The position numbers were made by a program, and so were the translations under genes. From NCBI GenBank assembly GCA_002435745.1, contig DIWT01000043.1, positions 50,654 to 114,653 on the forward strand: a DNA stretch of 64,000 bases, given 5' to 3'. The stretch comes from a bacterium UBP15_UBA6099. Lineage in GTDB: Bacteria > UBP15 > UBA6099. Numbering within the stretch: the stretch's first letter is position 1; each line of letters starts with the position of its first letter. The notes under the pieces were generated by a model that saw nothing but the letters and a program-made list of their open reading frames with translations, made no database searches and had not been told where the DNA came from. Positions 46,121 to 55,215 of the stretch are shown one piece after another.

Positions 46121-47494
46121 ATGAGCGAAACGCAAAAACTTGATTTTCCAAAAAAATTCCTTTGGGGAACCGCCACGGCGGGTCATCAGATTGAAGGCCA
46201 CAACGACAAGTCCGACTGGTGGCGTTTCGAGCAGGAGGGAAAAGTTAAAGACGGCACGAAAACAGGCCGAAACATCGATTATTGGAACCGCTATGAGGAA
46301 GACCACGCCCTGATGTCAGAGCTTGGATATCAGGTGTTCAGGCTTGGGGTCGAATGGGCCAAGATCGAGCCTGAAGACGGCAGGTTCGACATGGCGGCGG
46401 TGGAGCGATACCGGAAAATATTGCAGTCTCTGCGCGACAAAAAGATTCAAATCTGCCTGACCATATATCACTGGGTTTTGCCGCTATGGTTCGCTCAAAG
46501 CGGGGGATGGCTCCGGGATGACGCGGTGGACAGGTTCGTCAGGTTTGCTGAGGTAGTGGTGAAGGAGCTAGGCGAATTCCCGGATTTGTGGGTGACGCTA
46601 AACGAGCCGTCCGTGCCTGCGGCCGCAGGATATCTGGCGGGGGAATTCCCTCCGGAACATAAGAATTTTAGAGAATACGGCCTCGTGATGAACCGCCAGA
46701 TGCATGCGCACGCGAGGACATATAAGCTGATTCACGACAATGTGTCGAAAGCGCCCGGCGGCGGGCCGACTATGGCTGGCGTGGCGTACGCGTTTCAATG
46801 GATTGAGGCATACGGAAGCGACGGACTGCCCGGTTTGTATGAAAAGATGATGGCCCGGATTTTTTCATTCGGCAGCTATAGGGGATGGAATAACGCCGTC
46901 GCGACAGGCTACGCGCCTTTCCCGTTCGGACGCGAAATCGTTCCCGGTCTTAAGGACAGCTATGATTTCTGCGGCGTGAACTATTACATGCGCAACTCTC
47001 TGAAATTCGACGCGTCAAAAAAGGACACCGGATTCGTCGATATGGAAGCGATTCCGCCGGGAATTGAGAAGACGCAGATGGGTTGGCAGTTTTATCCGCC
47101 CGGTTTCCACAAAATCCTCATGTATGTCTGGGAGAAATTCAAAAAACCGATTTACATAACGGAAAACGGGATAGCGGACGACATCGACGCGCAAAGGCCG
47201 CAATACCTGCTCGAACACATCGCTCAGGTGAACCGCGCGATTAATGCCGGAGCGGACATCCGGGGCTATATGCAGTGGTCTTTCATAGACAATTTCGAGT
47301 GGAAAGAAGGATTCTCCAAAAAGTTCGGACTCATCGAATGCCGTCACGACGACCCGGAACTCAAACGCAAGCCGCGACCCAGCGCGCGGATGTATTCTGA
47401 GATAATCAAAGAGAACGCGATAACGCGGGACATAGTGAAGAAGTATGCGCCTTCGGCTGCGGACGGTGTTTTCGGCGACAAGTGGAAAGCGTAG
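46121..47494 (+). CDS. GH1 family beta-glucosidase
   Basis: FPKKFLWGTATAGHQIEGH, the acid/base motif TLNEP and the nucleophile motif YITENG. Trimmed to ATG 46121, which has GGAG upstream. Confidence 0.9.
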   Translation: MSETQKLDFPKKFLWGTATAGHQIEGHNDKSDWWRFEQEGKVKDGTKTGRNIDYWNRYEEDHALMSELGYQVFRLGVEWAKIEPEDGRFDMAAVERYRKILQSLRDKKIQICLTIYHWVLPLWFAQSGGWLRDDAVDRFVRFAEVVVKELGEFPDLWVTLNEPSVPAAAGYLAGEFPPEHKNFREYGLVMNRQMHAHARTYKLIHDNVSKAPGGGPTMAGVAYAFQWIEAYGSDGLPGLYEKMMARIFSFGSYRGWNNAVATGYAPFPFGREIVPGLKDSYDFCGVNYYMRNSLKFDASKKDTGFVDMEAIPPGIEKTQMGWQFYPPGFHKILMYVWEKFKKPIYITENGIADDIDAQRPQYLLEHIAQVNRAINAGADIRGYMQWSFIDNFEWKEGFSKKFGLIECRHDDPELKRKPRPSARMYSEIIKENAITRDIVKKYAPSAADGVFGDKWKA

Positions 47495-47543
47495 AGTCGC
47501 CGCGTCAAGAGCGCTTTTATACTCTCATTTGTAAAAATGCGGT

Positions 47544-48569
47544 TTAGTCCAGTTCAGATGATTTGACGATTTCAGCGGCGAGTTCCTTGGCGGTTTTCGG
47601 ACACTCGTCCATTCTCATCACGTTCCCGAAAAACTTTGAGGCGGCGGCATAGTCGCCGATTCTGCGGCTCAATTCGGCGGCAAGGAAAGTAACGTCGCAA
47701 ATAGATTCGCCCGGAATCTCGCGGTTCCTGAGAGCTGCGGAGTATCGCTCGACCGCCAGTTTCTGGTACTTCCTCTCGTAGCCTATAAGAGTTCTTACGG
47801 CCGCGACTTCTTTGACGAGAGAAGCGTCGTCGCTTATGTCATCCAGCAACTCCTCGGCGATAAGGTGCTCTCCTGACAGGCGGAAGAACTCGGCGGCAAA
47901 AAGCATGTCAAGGCCGTATGCCGGATCGGACGGATCGGCGTCTCTCTCAAGCATGCTTCCTAAAACAAAGAACATTTCGAACATCTTCAATTGTTTGTCT
48001 TTGTATTCGTCGGGCACGAGAGATTCCAACCGGTCCGCAAAACTCTGTCCTCTGTCGATGTCGAGTTTAACGTTCTCGATTCTTGCCAGCCATCCGCCCA
48101 GCGTATAGAGGTCTCCCATGAATTTGTCGTTCTTGCCCATGCTTTCGTAATAAACGGCGGCGTTATCGATTTTGATGTGGAAGGAAATGGCCCACTGTGA
48201 ATCAGGAGACGATTTCTCCTCTTCCGTCAGCGGAGGTTTCGACAGTTTGCCGAGCAGCGACGGATCGACTTTGGCCGACGCGAAATCCTCGGCGTACGCA
48301 GAAAACCCGTCGTATGGGCAAGTCCAGATGGAAAATAGTTGGGGATACGCGCCGTCCGGGCGGACGAGAAAATCCCAGTCGGTTCCGCCCAAGGAGTTTG
48401 TGGATAGAACGGAGACGGCGGTGAAGGATTTGCCTGAGGCAGGGCATCGGGCTTCGACGGAGGAGAGAGTTGTGGCGATGGCAGTTCCGCTGAATCGCGA
48501 AAGGCTGACTATTAATGCAAGCGCCGCGGCCGCAGCGATGAATTTTCTGCGTCCGCAGTCAAACCTCAT
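47544..48569 (-). CDS. Exported protein with a degenerate DUF2225-like zinc-ribbon region and a TPR-like C-terminus
   Basis: Signal-like N-terminus, CPASGKSFTA...TCPYDGFSAYAEDF (compare DUF2225 CPvCg..F...CP.CgyA...dF) and a helical repeat C-terminus. Its start overlaps the upstream stop (ATGA, 48566-48569). Confidence 0.45.
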   Translation of the reverse strand: MRFDCGRRKFIAAAAALALIVSLSRFSGTAIATTLSSVEARCPASGKSFTAVSVLSTNSLGGTDWDFLVRPDGAYPQLFSIWTCPYDGFSAYAEDFASAKVDPSLLGKLSKPPLTEEEKSSPDSQWAISFHIKIDNAAVYYESMGKNDKFMGDLYTLGGWLARIENVKLDIDRGQSFADRLESLVPDEYKDKQLKMFEMFFVLGSMLERDADPSDPAYGLDMLFAAEFFRLSGEHLIAEELLDDISDDASLVKEVAAVRTLIGYERKYQKLAVERYSAALRNREIPGESICDVTFLAAELSRRIGDYAAASKFFGNVMRMDECPKTAKELAAEIVKSSELD

Positions 48570-49741
48570 CGTCCGCCCTCGTCAGTTCCTGATTCCGTCT
48601 GAGAAGAAACCACTCTCATCCTGTCGCCGTTCTTGACCAGCATCTTGGGTTCGCCGCCGGCCGCGTCTATGACCCATATTTCGGGAACCCATTCCGTGGA
48701 ATCGTCTCTTCGCCTGAAGAAAAGTTTTTTGCCGTCCGCAGACCATTTGGGGAGCCCGCCCAGAGGCGTGAGTCTCTTGCGAGATCCTGAAAGAACGTCC
48801 ACCAGCCAGATTCCGAGCGAATCGCCGTACTCGTTGCGCGAGTGAACGGCCAGTTTTTTGCCGTCAGGCGAAAACGCCGGAGAGCCGTCGTTTATCCCTT
48901 CCGGGGTGACGGGTTTCCAGTCTGAAACGTCCAGCGTGCCTATGAAAAAAATCCTTCTTCCCGAAGAGGAGTCGATGCGGCTTGCGAGAATTCTGTCGCC
49001 TTTCGGATTCCACAGTTCGACGCGCGCGCGGGTGAACACCCTGTAAACCGTCTTTGTCCGCGTGTCGATAATCAGGGAGTCGCCGATGTCGCCCGCGGAG
49101 AAAGGCGTGCGCTGCGCCGCGAGATATTTGCCGTTCGGCGAAAACGCCACCGGCACGTGAATCATTCCGGGATGCTTCTGAGAGCTTTTCCAAAAAAGCT
49201 CCGTCTTCTTTTGCGCGGTTCCCAGCTTGCACTGCCAAAGCCCCGCGTCGTAATCCGCCGTCCCGAACTTTTCGAGGTCCACCCTTGTGAAAACGGCGCG
49301 CGAGCCGTCAGGCGACACGATCTGATTCAGGTCGGACAGATTGTTTTCCGGTTTGTCGATGATAATCGGCTCGGAAGCTTCGGCATCGCCGACGGCTAGC
49401 GACTTATATGTCAGTGCATATCTTTGATAGGGGTTCGGCTCTCCCATAGGAACCTGATAGACTACGGCGGGCGGATTATTCGATAGAACGAACCTGCCGA
49501 CTCCTTTTCCAGAGGTGACAGGCTGAAGCTTGGCTCCCTCGCGCCACTGCCACAGGTTTTCTTCCTGATTCTCTGTCGAGCGCGCAAAAATAAAAGAGTC
49601 CTTATGCGCGACCGCGGCGGGTTCCGTCCGCTCCGCGCAAACGCAGGGGCTTGCAAGCGCCCAAACGGCCGCTATCGCTATCATGGCGCGCGCCATCTTT
49701 CTCATATCATTTATTATTGCCCTCAGCGGCTCCGCATTCAA
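48566..49741 (-). CDS. Periplasmic TolB-like beta-propeller (PD40/WD40-like repeat) protein
   Basis: Signal peptide and repeated PD40-type motifs VSPDGSRAVFT, FSPNGKYLAAQ, FSPDGKKLAVHS and WSADGKKLFF. Confidence 0.7.
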   Translation of the reverse strand: MNAEPLRAIINDMRKMARAMIAIAAVWALASPCVCAERTEPAAVAHKDSFIFARSTENQEENLWQWREGAKLQPVTSGKGVGRFVLSNNPPAVVYQVPMGEPNPYQRYALTYKSLAVGDAEASEPIIIDKPENNLSDLNQIVSPDGSRAVFTRVDLEKFGTADYDAGLWQCKLGTAQKKTELFWKSSQKHPGMIHVPVAFSPNGKYLAAQRTPFSAGDIGDSLIIDTRTKTVYRVFTRARVELWNPKGDRILASRIDSSSGRRIFFIGTLDVSDWKPVTPEGINDGSPAFSPDGKKLAVHSRNEYGDSLGIWLVDVLSGSRKRLTPLGGLPKWSADGKKLFFRRRDDSTEWVPEIWVIDAAGGEPKMLVKNGDRMRVVSSQTESGTDEGGR

Positions 49742-49813
49742 CCCGGTTTATCTGATAAAGTTTCCCGGGCGGACTGACTAGTCGATTGGAAACGAGGGGG
49801 CGCGGCGGGGCGC

Positions 49814-49858
49814 TTGACGCCGTGGGGACATGCAAGTAAAATAAAATTGGTAGAACCA
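49814..49858 (+). promoter_or_regulatory. Candidate sigma70 promoter plus GntR-type palindromic operator for the gntR-GRE-activase operon
   Basis: TTGACG (49814-49819), 17-nt spacer, TAAAAT (49837-49842), followed immediately by TGGTAGAACCA (49848-49858). That palindrome fits the GT-N-AC core typical of FadR/GntR operators. Confidence 0.4.
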
Positions 49859-49879
49859 GTGTACCATTGCGAGGCCCTC

Positions 49880-50689
49880 ATGCGATCAAATGAATCCATC
49901 CTCATCTCGGAGCGTTCTAACCCGTCCGCAGCTTTCGCGTTTCGCCCTGTTCCCAAGAACAGGATTTCGGAAGACGCGCTCGCGCAGCTTGTGGACATGA
50001 TTGTCTCAGGAGAGGTCAAGCCGGGAGAGCGACTGCCGGGGGAGCGCGAGTTGGCGCAAAGCCTGTCCATCACAAGGACGTCTTTGCGCGAGGCGTTGCG
50101 CAGGCTGGAAAACATGGGGCTGGCGTCTGTGCGGCAGGGCGACGGAATATATGTCAGGGATTTCAGGCGCGAAGCGAATCTGGACTTCATAAATTTTCAG
50201 GCGGGGAGGGGAGCGGCGCTTGAGCCGCAGCTTCTTCTTGGCATGGACGAGGCCAGAAGGCTTATGTCAGCGATGGTCGTGTCGCTTGCGGCCCGGCGCG
50301 CGGATGCGTCTGATATCGAGGAGTTGCGCCGCGTGGCCGGAGAGTGTCCGCCTGACGGCTCGCCGGAGCTTTTAAGCGGAAAGTGGGATTACGACTTTTA
50401 TCTGACTATCGCGCTCGCCTCCATGAACGGCGCTTTCGTCTGCCTGATAAACACTATGAAAGGCATGTTTGCGACGTTCCGCCCGATGTATTCCCTCCTA
50501 GACGAAGGTCGGAGAGAGAGCATAAAGGATTTGAATCTGAGGCTTGTGGACGCTATTGAATCCGGGGACGAGCGCGCCGCCTCGGCAATCGTAGAGGAGC
50601 GTATGAGGCAGGATATGGAGGATTTGGCTAAGCGCGCGCAGTCTCCTGAAAAAAGAAAGAGCAAGACTCGAAAGGCGGGCGCAAAATGA
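49880..50689 (+). CDS. GntR-family transcriptional regulator, FadR subfamily (FCD ligand domain)
   Basis: ALAQLVDMIVSGEVKPGERLPGERELAQSLSITRTSLREALRRLENMGLASVRQGDGIYV followed by an all-helical C-terminal domain. Trimmed from 49814 to ATG 49880. Confidence 0.85.
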   Translation: MRSNESILISERSNPSAAFAFRPVPKNRISEDALAQLVDMIVSGEVKPGERLPGERELAQSLSITRTSLREALRRLENMGLASVRQGDGIYVRDFRREANLDFINFQAGRGAALEPQLLLGMDEARRLMSAMVVSLAARRADASDIEELRRVAGECPPDGSPELLSGKWDYDFYLTIALASMNGAFVCLINTMKGMFATFRPMYSLLDEGRRESIKDLNLRLVDAIESGDERAASAIVEERMRQDMEDLAKRAQSPEKRKSKTRKAGAK

Positions 50690-53262
50690 GCCGACCGCAT
50701 TGTGAAGACAGAATCGCTCGCATACGCGAGAGATACCGGACGGAAACCCCTTTCATATCCATCCAGAGGGCGCGGTTATACACGGAAAGCCGCAGGGAAA
50801 CCGACCGCGAGAAAATATCCGCAGGGTCGCGCGTCGCTCTCGCAATGAAAAACGTCTTCGAAAAAATGGACATTCACGTGGACGCGGCGGACAGGATCGC
50901 CGGCGCGTGGACTGAGAACTACGTAGGAATTCCGATAGACATCGAGCGCGGGCTTTTCAATCAGACTCTTGAAGTGGAGCTTGACGCGGCGGCGATGGCG
51001 AAACGGAAGGTGGAATCGGCTCTGAAGTTTGCCCGTTTCTTGGCGCGCAACTATTCCATCTCGGATATGGTCGGCGTAGCGGTTTCCACCGCGAAGTTCG
51101 ACGTTCCTCCGCCATCTCTCGGTAGCTCCACGATGGACAGGCGCAGGGTAAACCCGTACAGGATACGAAGCGCAGACAGAAGAGAATTGCTGGAAGACAT
51201 ACTTCCTTACTGGCGCGGTAAAACCGCCGCCGACATAGTAAGGCGGGATGTGGCCGCGCTGCGTCTATGTCCGGATAGTTTTTCAGAGTTCATCGAAGCT
51301 TTGCCGGCCACAGCGCGGGAAGTCACGATAATCTCGCCCGCAGCCGCTATCGGGACATGGCAGGGGCATCTCATTCTCGACTATGAGACGGCGATGTCGC
51401 GCGGGCTGCTGGCGATGAGGGAGGACGTCGAAGACAGAATGCGCCGCGCGGCAAACGGTCCGGCGAAAGCTGCGGATTTTCTTACAGCGGCGAAAACCGC
51501 GATCGACGGGGCGGTGACGTTCGCAGAAAGGCTTTACGCCGCTGTAGAAGCTGCGCTGAACCGGGCCGGCGCTTCCGGAGACGCGCGGGGGCGCGCTTTC
51601 CTCTCGCAATCGCTGGCCGACTGCAGGGTTGCGCCTCTTCATCCCGCTCGTTCGTTCAGGCAGGCGGTTCAGTCGTTCTGGACTCTGAAGAACATTTCCG
51701 ACCTCGCTATGCCGTTCAACGTTCACGCGCCGGGGCGTCTGGACCAGATTTTTCTGCCGTATTTCAAAAGAGACGTCGAGCGGGGCGAGATAAGCGGCGA
51801 TGAGGCGCGAGAGATTCTGGAAGAGCTTTTCCTGAAAGTGATGAGCCACAACATGCGGCCCGGTTCCAGCCTTACGGCGGAGTTCACTCAAAGATACGAA
51901 GGCTCCGAGCCTGTTACTCTCGGCGGGCTGACGAGAAGCGGCGAAGACGCGACGAACGAGCTTACATACATAATGCTGGAAGCCGCCGAGCGCTCGAAGG
52001 CCTCTCTCAACTTCGTGGTGAGGCTTCACCCCCGGTCTCCTGAAAAACTTTACCGCGAGACAGCGAAGATTCACTCAAGATGCGTTTCCAGCGTGTCGAT
52101 GATGAACGACGAGATCTGCTTCGCGGCAATGGCAAAGAGCGGGTTTTCCGAAGAGGACGCGAATGACTACGCGATAACCGGGTGCGTTGACATGGCGGTC
52201 GCGGGCAGGACGGGAGGGGAAGGTTTCTCTTCGATACTGTTGTGCCGCGCGCTCGACATGGCGTTGCGCAATGGCGACACGAAGACGGCCGCGGGCATTG
52301 TCAAAGGCGCGGGGTTGCGGACGGGCGCGCCGGATTCGTTCAAATCATTCGAACAGTTGCTCGAAGCGTTTTTCGCTCAACTCGACAACGAAATCGCCAA
52401 GATCGCCGCCGCAGCCCGCGCTCGAGACGCTGTTTATGCCCGAATCCTGCCCGCTCCCAACATCTCGCTGTTCCTGAAAGGGACTCTCGACTCGATGAAA
52501 GACATGACGGAAGGCGGAGCGGACGGCGGCGTAGAGGGCGTTCTGCTCATGAGCAGCGTCGCAAATGTCACCGATTCTCTTTTCACCATTAAGAAGCTTG
52601 TGTTCGAGCGTCGGCTTTTCTCTCTTTCGCGCCTGATTAGGGCGATGGACGACAACTTCAAAGGACATCGGCGCGTGAGGACGGCTGTTCTGTCGCTTCC
52701 CGGCAAATGGGGCAACGGAAACCCGGAGTCGGACGACATAGCCCGGAGCGTAACAAACCATATATTCGGGGAACTGAAAAAACACAAAACATACAAGGGC
52801 GGTTTTCTTGCTCCTTTCATCAACAGCATGACGGCGCACACGATAGACGGCAGGATGTCGCTTGCCACGCCTGACGGACGCCGCGCCGGGATGCCTTTCG
52901 CCGCGAGTTGCAATCCGTACAATGTGGAGAAGAACGGCCCGACCGGCGTCCTGAAATCCATCGCCGCCATCGATTTCACGGAAGTTCTCGGATGCGCGGC
53001 GAACATCAGGCTTCATCCTTCAGCCATCGGCGGTTCGGACGAGACGCGGGATAAATGGATTTCCCTCATAAAGACATATTTCAGGCTCGGAGGAGAGCAG
53101 CTTCAACCCACCGTCGCTTCCGCCGAGATGCTGCGCCGCGCTCAGAAAAATCCCGGCGCGCACAAGGACATCATTGTGAAGGTCGGCGGATACAGCGCTT
53201 ATTTCACCGAGCTTGGACGAGAGATTCAGAATGAGATTATCTCGCGCTCGGAACACTCATGA
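50686..53262 (+). CDS. Glycyl radical enzyme, PFL2 (dehydratase/lyase-like) clade, substrate unknown
   Basis: 858 aa. N-terminus RIARIRERYRTETPFISIQRARLYTES, HPARSFRQAVQSFW, the thiyl loop DYAITGCVDMAVAG and the glycyl radical motif IIVKVGGYSAYFTELGREIQNEII at the C-terminus. Confidence 0.88.
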   Translation: MSRPHCEDRIARIRERYRTETPFISIQRARLYTESRRETDREKISAGSRVALAMKNVFEKMDIHVDAADRIAGAWTENYVGIPIDIERGLFNQTLEVELDAAAMAKRKVESALKFARFLARNYSISDMVGVAVSTAKFDVPPPSLGSSTMDRRRVNPYRIRSADRRELLEDILPYWRGKTAADIVRRDVAALRLCPDSFSEFIEALPATAREVTIISPAAAIGTWQGHLILDYETAMSRGLLAMREDVEDRMRRAANGPAKAADFLTAAKTAIDGAVTFAERLYAAVEAALNRAGASGDARGRAFLSQSLADCRVAPLHPARSFRQAVQSFWTLKNISDLAMPFNVHAPGRLDQIFLPYFKRDVERGEISGDEAREILEELFLKVMSHNMRPGSSLTAEFTQRYEGSEPVTLGGLTRSGEDATNELTYIMLEAAERSKASLNFVVRLHPRSPEKLYRETAKIHSRCVSSVSMMNDEICFAAMAKSGFSEEDANDYAITGCVDMAVAGRTGGEGFSSILLCRALDMALRNGDTKTAAGIVKGAGLRTGAPDSFKSFEQLLEAFFAQLDNEIAKIAAAARARDAVYARILPAPNISLFLKGTLDSMKDMTEGGADGGVEGVLLMSSVANVTDSLFTIKKLVFERRLFSLSRLIRAMDDNFKGHRRVRTAVLSLPGKWGNGNPESDDIARSVTNHIFGELKKHKTYKGGFLAPFINSMTAHTIDGRMSLATPDGRRAGMPFAASCNPYNVEKNGPTGVLKSIAAIDFTEVLGCAANIRLHPSAIGGSDETRDKWISLIKTYFRLGGEQLQPTVASAEMLRRAQKNPGAHKDIIVKVGGYSAYFTELGREIQNEIISRSEHS

Positions 53263-53275
53263 GGCGGAGTTGAGA

Positions 53276-54205
53276 ATGAAGGATTGCGGAGCGGAAACAA
53301 AAGGTTTGATATTCGACATACAGAGGTACGCGCTCTACGACGGGCCGGGCATAAGGACGACGGTGTTCCTTAAGGGATGCCCGCTGAAGTGCTCGTGGTG
53401 TCACAATCCCGAATCCCAGTCGGCGAGGGCTGAGGCGTCATATTTCGGCGAGAAGTGCGTAGCGTGCGGCGCGTGCGTGAAGGCTTGCGCGGCGGGCGCG
53501 CTAGCGATGAAAAAACGCGCCGTCGTCAGAGACCCGCGAAAGTGCTCGGCGTGCGGAGCCTGCGCGGCGGCCTGCGAAACCGGCGCTATGGAAATCATCG
53601 GAAGAGTCGCCACAGTGGCAGAAATTGCCGACGCGGTCGAGGCGGACAGGCCGTTCTACGAGGAGTCCGGCGGCGGCGCCACCGTGTCGGGCGGCGAGCC
53701 GACCACTCAACCGGATTTCCTGTTCGCCCTCCTCGAAGAATTCAGAAAAAGGGGCATTCACTCTGCGGTCGAAACCTGCGGCGCGTTCAACAACTCTCTG
53801 GCCTCCCGCCTCGCCGAGCTTGCCGACCTCATTCTCTTCGATATAAAACATCCCGACCCCGGCATGCTCAAGGAACTTACAGGCGCGAACCTCGAAGTCG
53901 TAGAGAGGAACTTTTCAAATCTGATTCAATTGAAAGGGGAAAGCGGCTTGATAGCGCGCGTCCCTCTCATCCCCGGAGCCAATACGGACGAATCAGCCAT
54001 AGAAGGAGTCGCCGAGATGCTGATACGCAACGGTTATCGCGGGCTGATTCACCTGATGCCCTACAACAGCATGGCGGCGACGAAGTGGCTCAAGATAGGC
54101 AGAGGCGGAGAATACCGCAACTTCGGCGCGTTGGAAGAAGACGTGATTTCAAGGATAGTAAACCAATTGGGCGAAGCGGGTTTCAAAACATTCATTAACA
54201 GGTGA
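53276..54205 (+). CDS. Glycyl-radical enzyme activating enzyme (radical SAM, with an auxiliary ferredoxin-like dicluster insert)
   Basis: IFDIQRYALYDGPGIRTTVFLKGCPLKCSWCHNPES, then CVACGACVKACAAGA and CSACGACAAACETGA, then SGGEPT. ATG 53276 with GGCGGAG upstream. Confidence 0.9.
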   Translation: MKDCGAETKGLIFDIQRYALYDGPGIRTTVFLKGCPLKCSWCHNPESQSARAEASYFGEKCVACGACVKACAAGALAMKKRAVVRDPRKCSACGACAAACETGAMEIIGRVATVAEIADAVEADRPFYEESGGGATVSGGEPTTQPDFLFALLEEFRKRGIHSAVETCGAFNNSLASRLAELADLILFDIKHPDPGMLKELTGANLEVVERNFSNLIQLKGESGLIARVPLIPGANTDESAIEGVAEMLIRNGYRGLIHLMPYNSMAATKWLKIGRGGEYRNFGALEEDVISRIVNQLGEAGFKTFINR

Positions 54206-54326
54206 CGCGAGCGCCCCAGCGGATGTCACGGCAATAATCGTCGCTTCGACTTGAATGGATATCGTTTTCGCATTTGATTTCTTGTGTTCTGCCGTTAAAA
54301 TAAATATATATGCGCGGAGGGAAACA

Positions 54327-54959
54327 ATGAAAACGGCATCGATTGTCAGAATGTTTATAGCTTCGGCGGCGATTGCGGTCGCGATAATGGCGACAGGCGC
54401 GTCTGCGCTTGCCGAGACAGCCGCCGACCCCGGACAGTGCGTTCCCCCGACTGAAAGACCGAGGGGGGATATTGTCCCCGGCGACAGAAACGCCGTCGTC
54501 GTCCAACAGAAGATGGAATACTGCACAGAATTTCCTGAAAAGTGCCGTCCGTGGACGGGAATGCCCGACCCATCGAAATCAAAAGAAGAAAAATTAAAGA
54601 ATTCTCCTCCGGTTACCGAACTGGACAAGGTTGCGCCGGAAGCTAAGGATGACAAGGCATCGGACTCAAAAGAGAAGAATAAAAAAGAGGCGAAGAAAGA
54701 AGATAAATCAGTAGAGAAGAAAGCCGAAGCCGCGGCTCCGAAACCTTTTAAGCAGGACCCCGAAATCACGAACTTCTGTTTTCTCAATCCGCACTATTGC
54801 AGGCCGGTAGAGCCGCCGGCGGGATATGTCCCCAACGAAAAAACGCCGACCCCGATCGACCACATTCTCAATATCTGCAAACGCGACGCCGAGCAATGCC
54901 TTTGGCTTCCGGAAGAAAAGAAAGAAGAAAAACCCGCAGAAGAAGCTAAGAAAGACTGA
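54327..54959 (+). CDS. Secreted Lys/Glu-rich low-complexity protein with three CX6C loops
   Basis: Signal peptide MKTASIVRMFIASAAIAVAIMATGASALA and GGAGG RBS. CTEFPEKC, CFLNPHYC and CKRDAEQC are separated by KE-rich tracts. Confidence 0.55.
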   Translation: MKTASIVRMFIASAAIAVAIMATGASALAETAADPGQCVPPTERPRGDIVPGDRNAVVVQQKMEYCTEFPEKCRPWTGMPDPSKSKEEKLKNSPPVTELDKVAPEAKDDKASDSKEKNKKEAKKEDKSVEKKAEAAAPKPFKQDPEITNFCFLNPHYCRPVEPPAGYVPNEKTPTPIDHILNICKRDAEQCLWLPEEKKEEKPAEEAKKD

Positions 54960-55190
54960 ATCCGAAAAAACGTTAGAATTGTTTTCACCCAATCGCAGAA
55001 AGCGAAAACCTTTTCGATTGATTTTTTCGGGTTAAACTCGAATTCTTCGATAGAGCCGACGAACCGGGGCGATTTTCATAGCGGCGAACTGCTTCGTTGC
55101 CGCCACATTTTTTTGTTCATGAACCATAAGTTCTATTCACTGCAAAAATGCGCCTTGCGCCTAGCATTTCATCCGCTCTGAACAATCGCT

Positions 55191-55215
55191 CCCGAATCCT
55201 AATGGCGGATTCGGG
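55191..55215 (-). terminator. Perfect 9-bp hairpin abutting the stop codon of the 665-aa gene (no U-tract)
   Basis: CCCGAATCC, 7-nt loop, GGATTCGGG, immediately adjacent to the stop (TTA at 55216-55218 on the plus strand). Confidence 0.35.

Noticed and set aside
54462-54470. An RGD tripeptide in the secreted KE-rich protein.
   Set aside because: A three-residue motif is expected by chance and has no meaning without eukaryote-interaction context.
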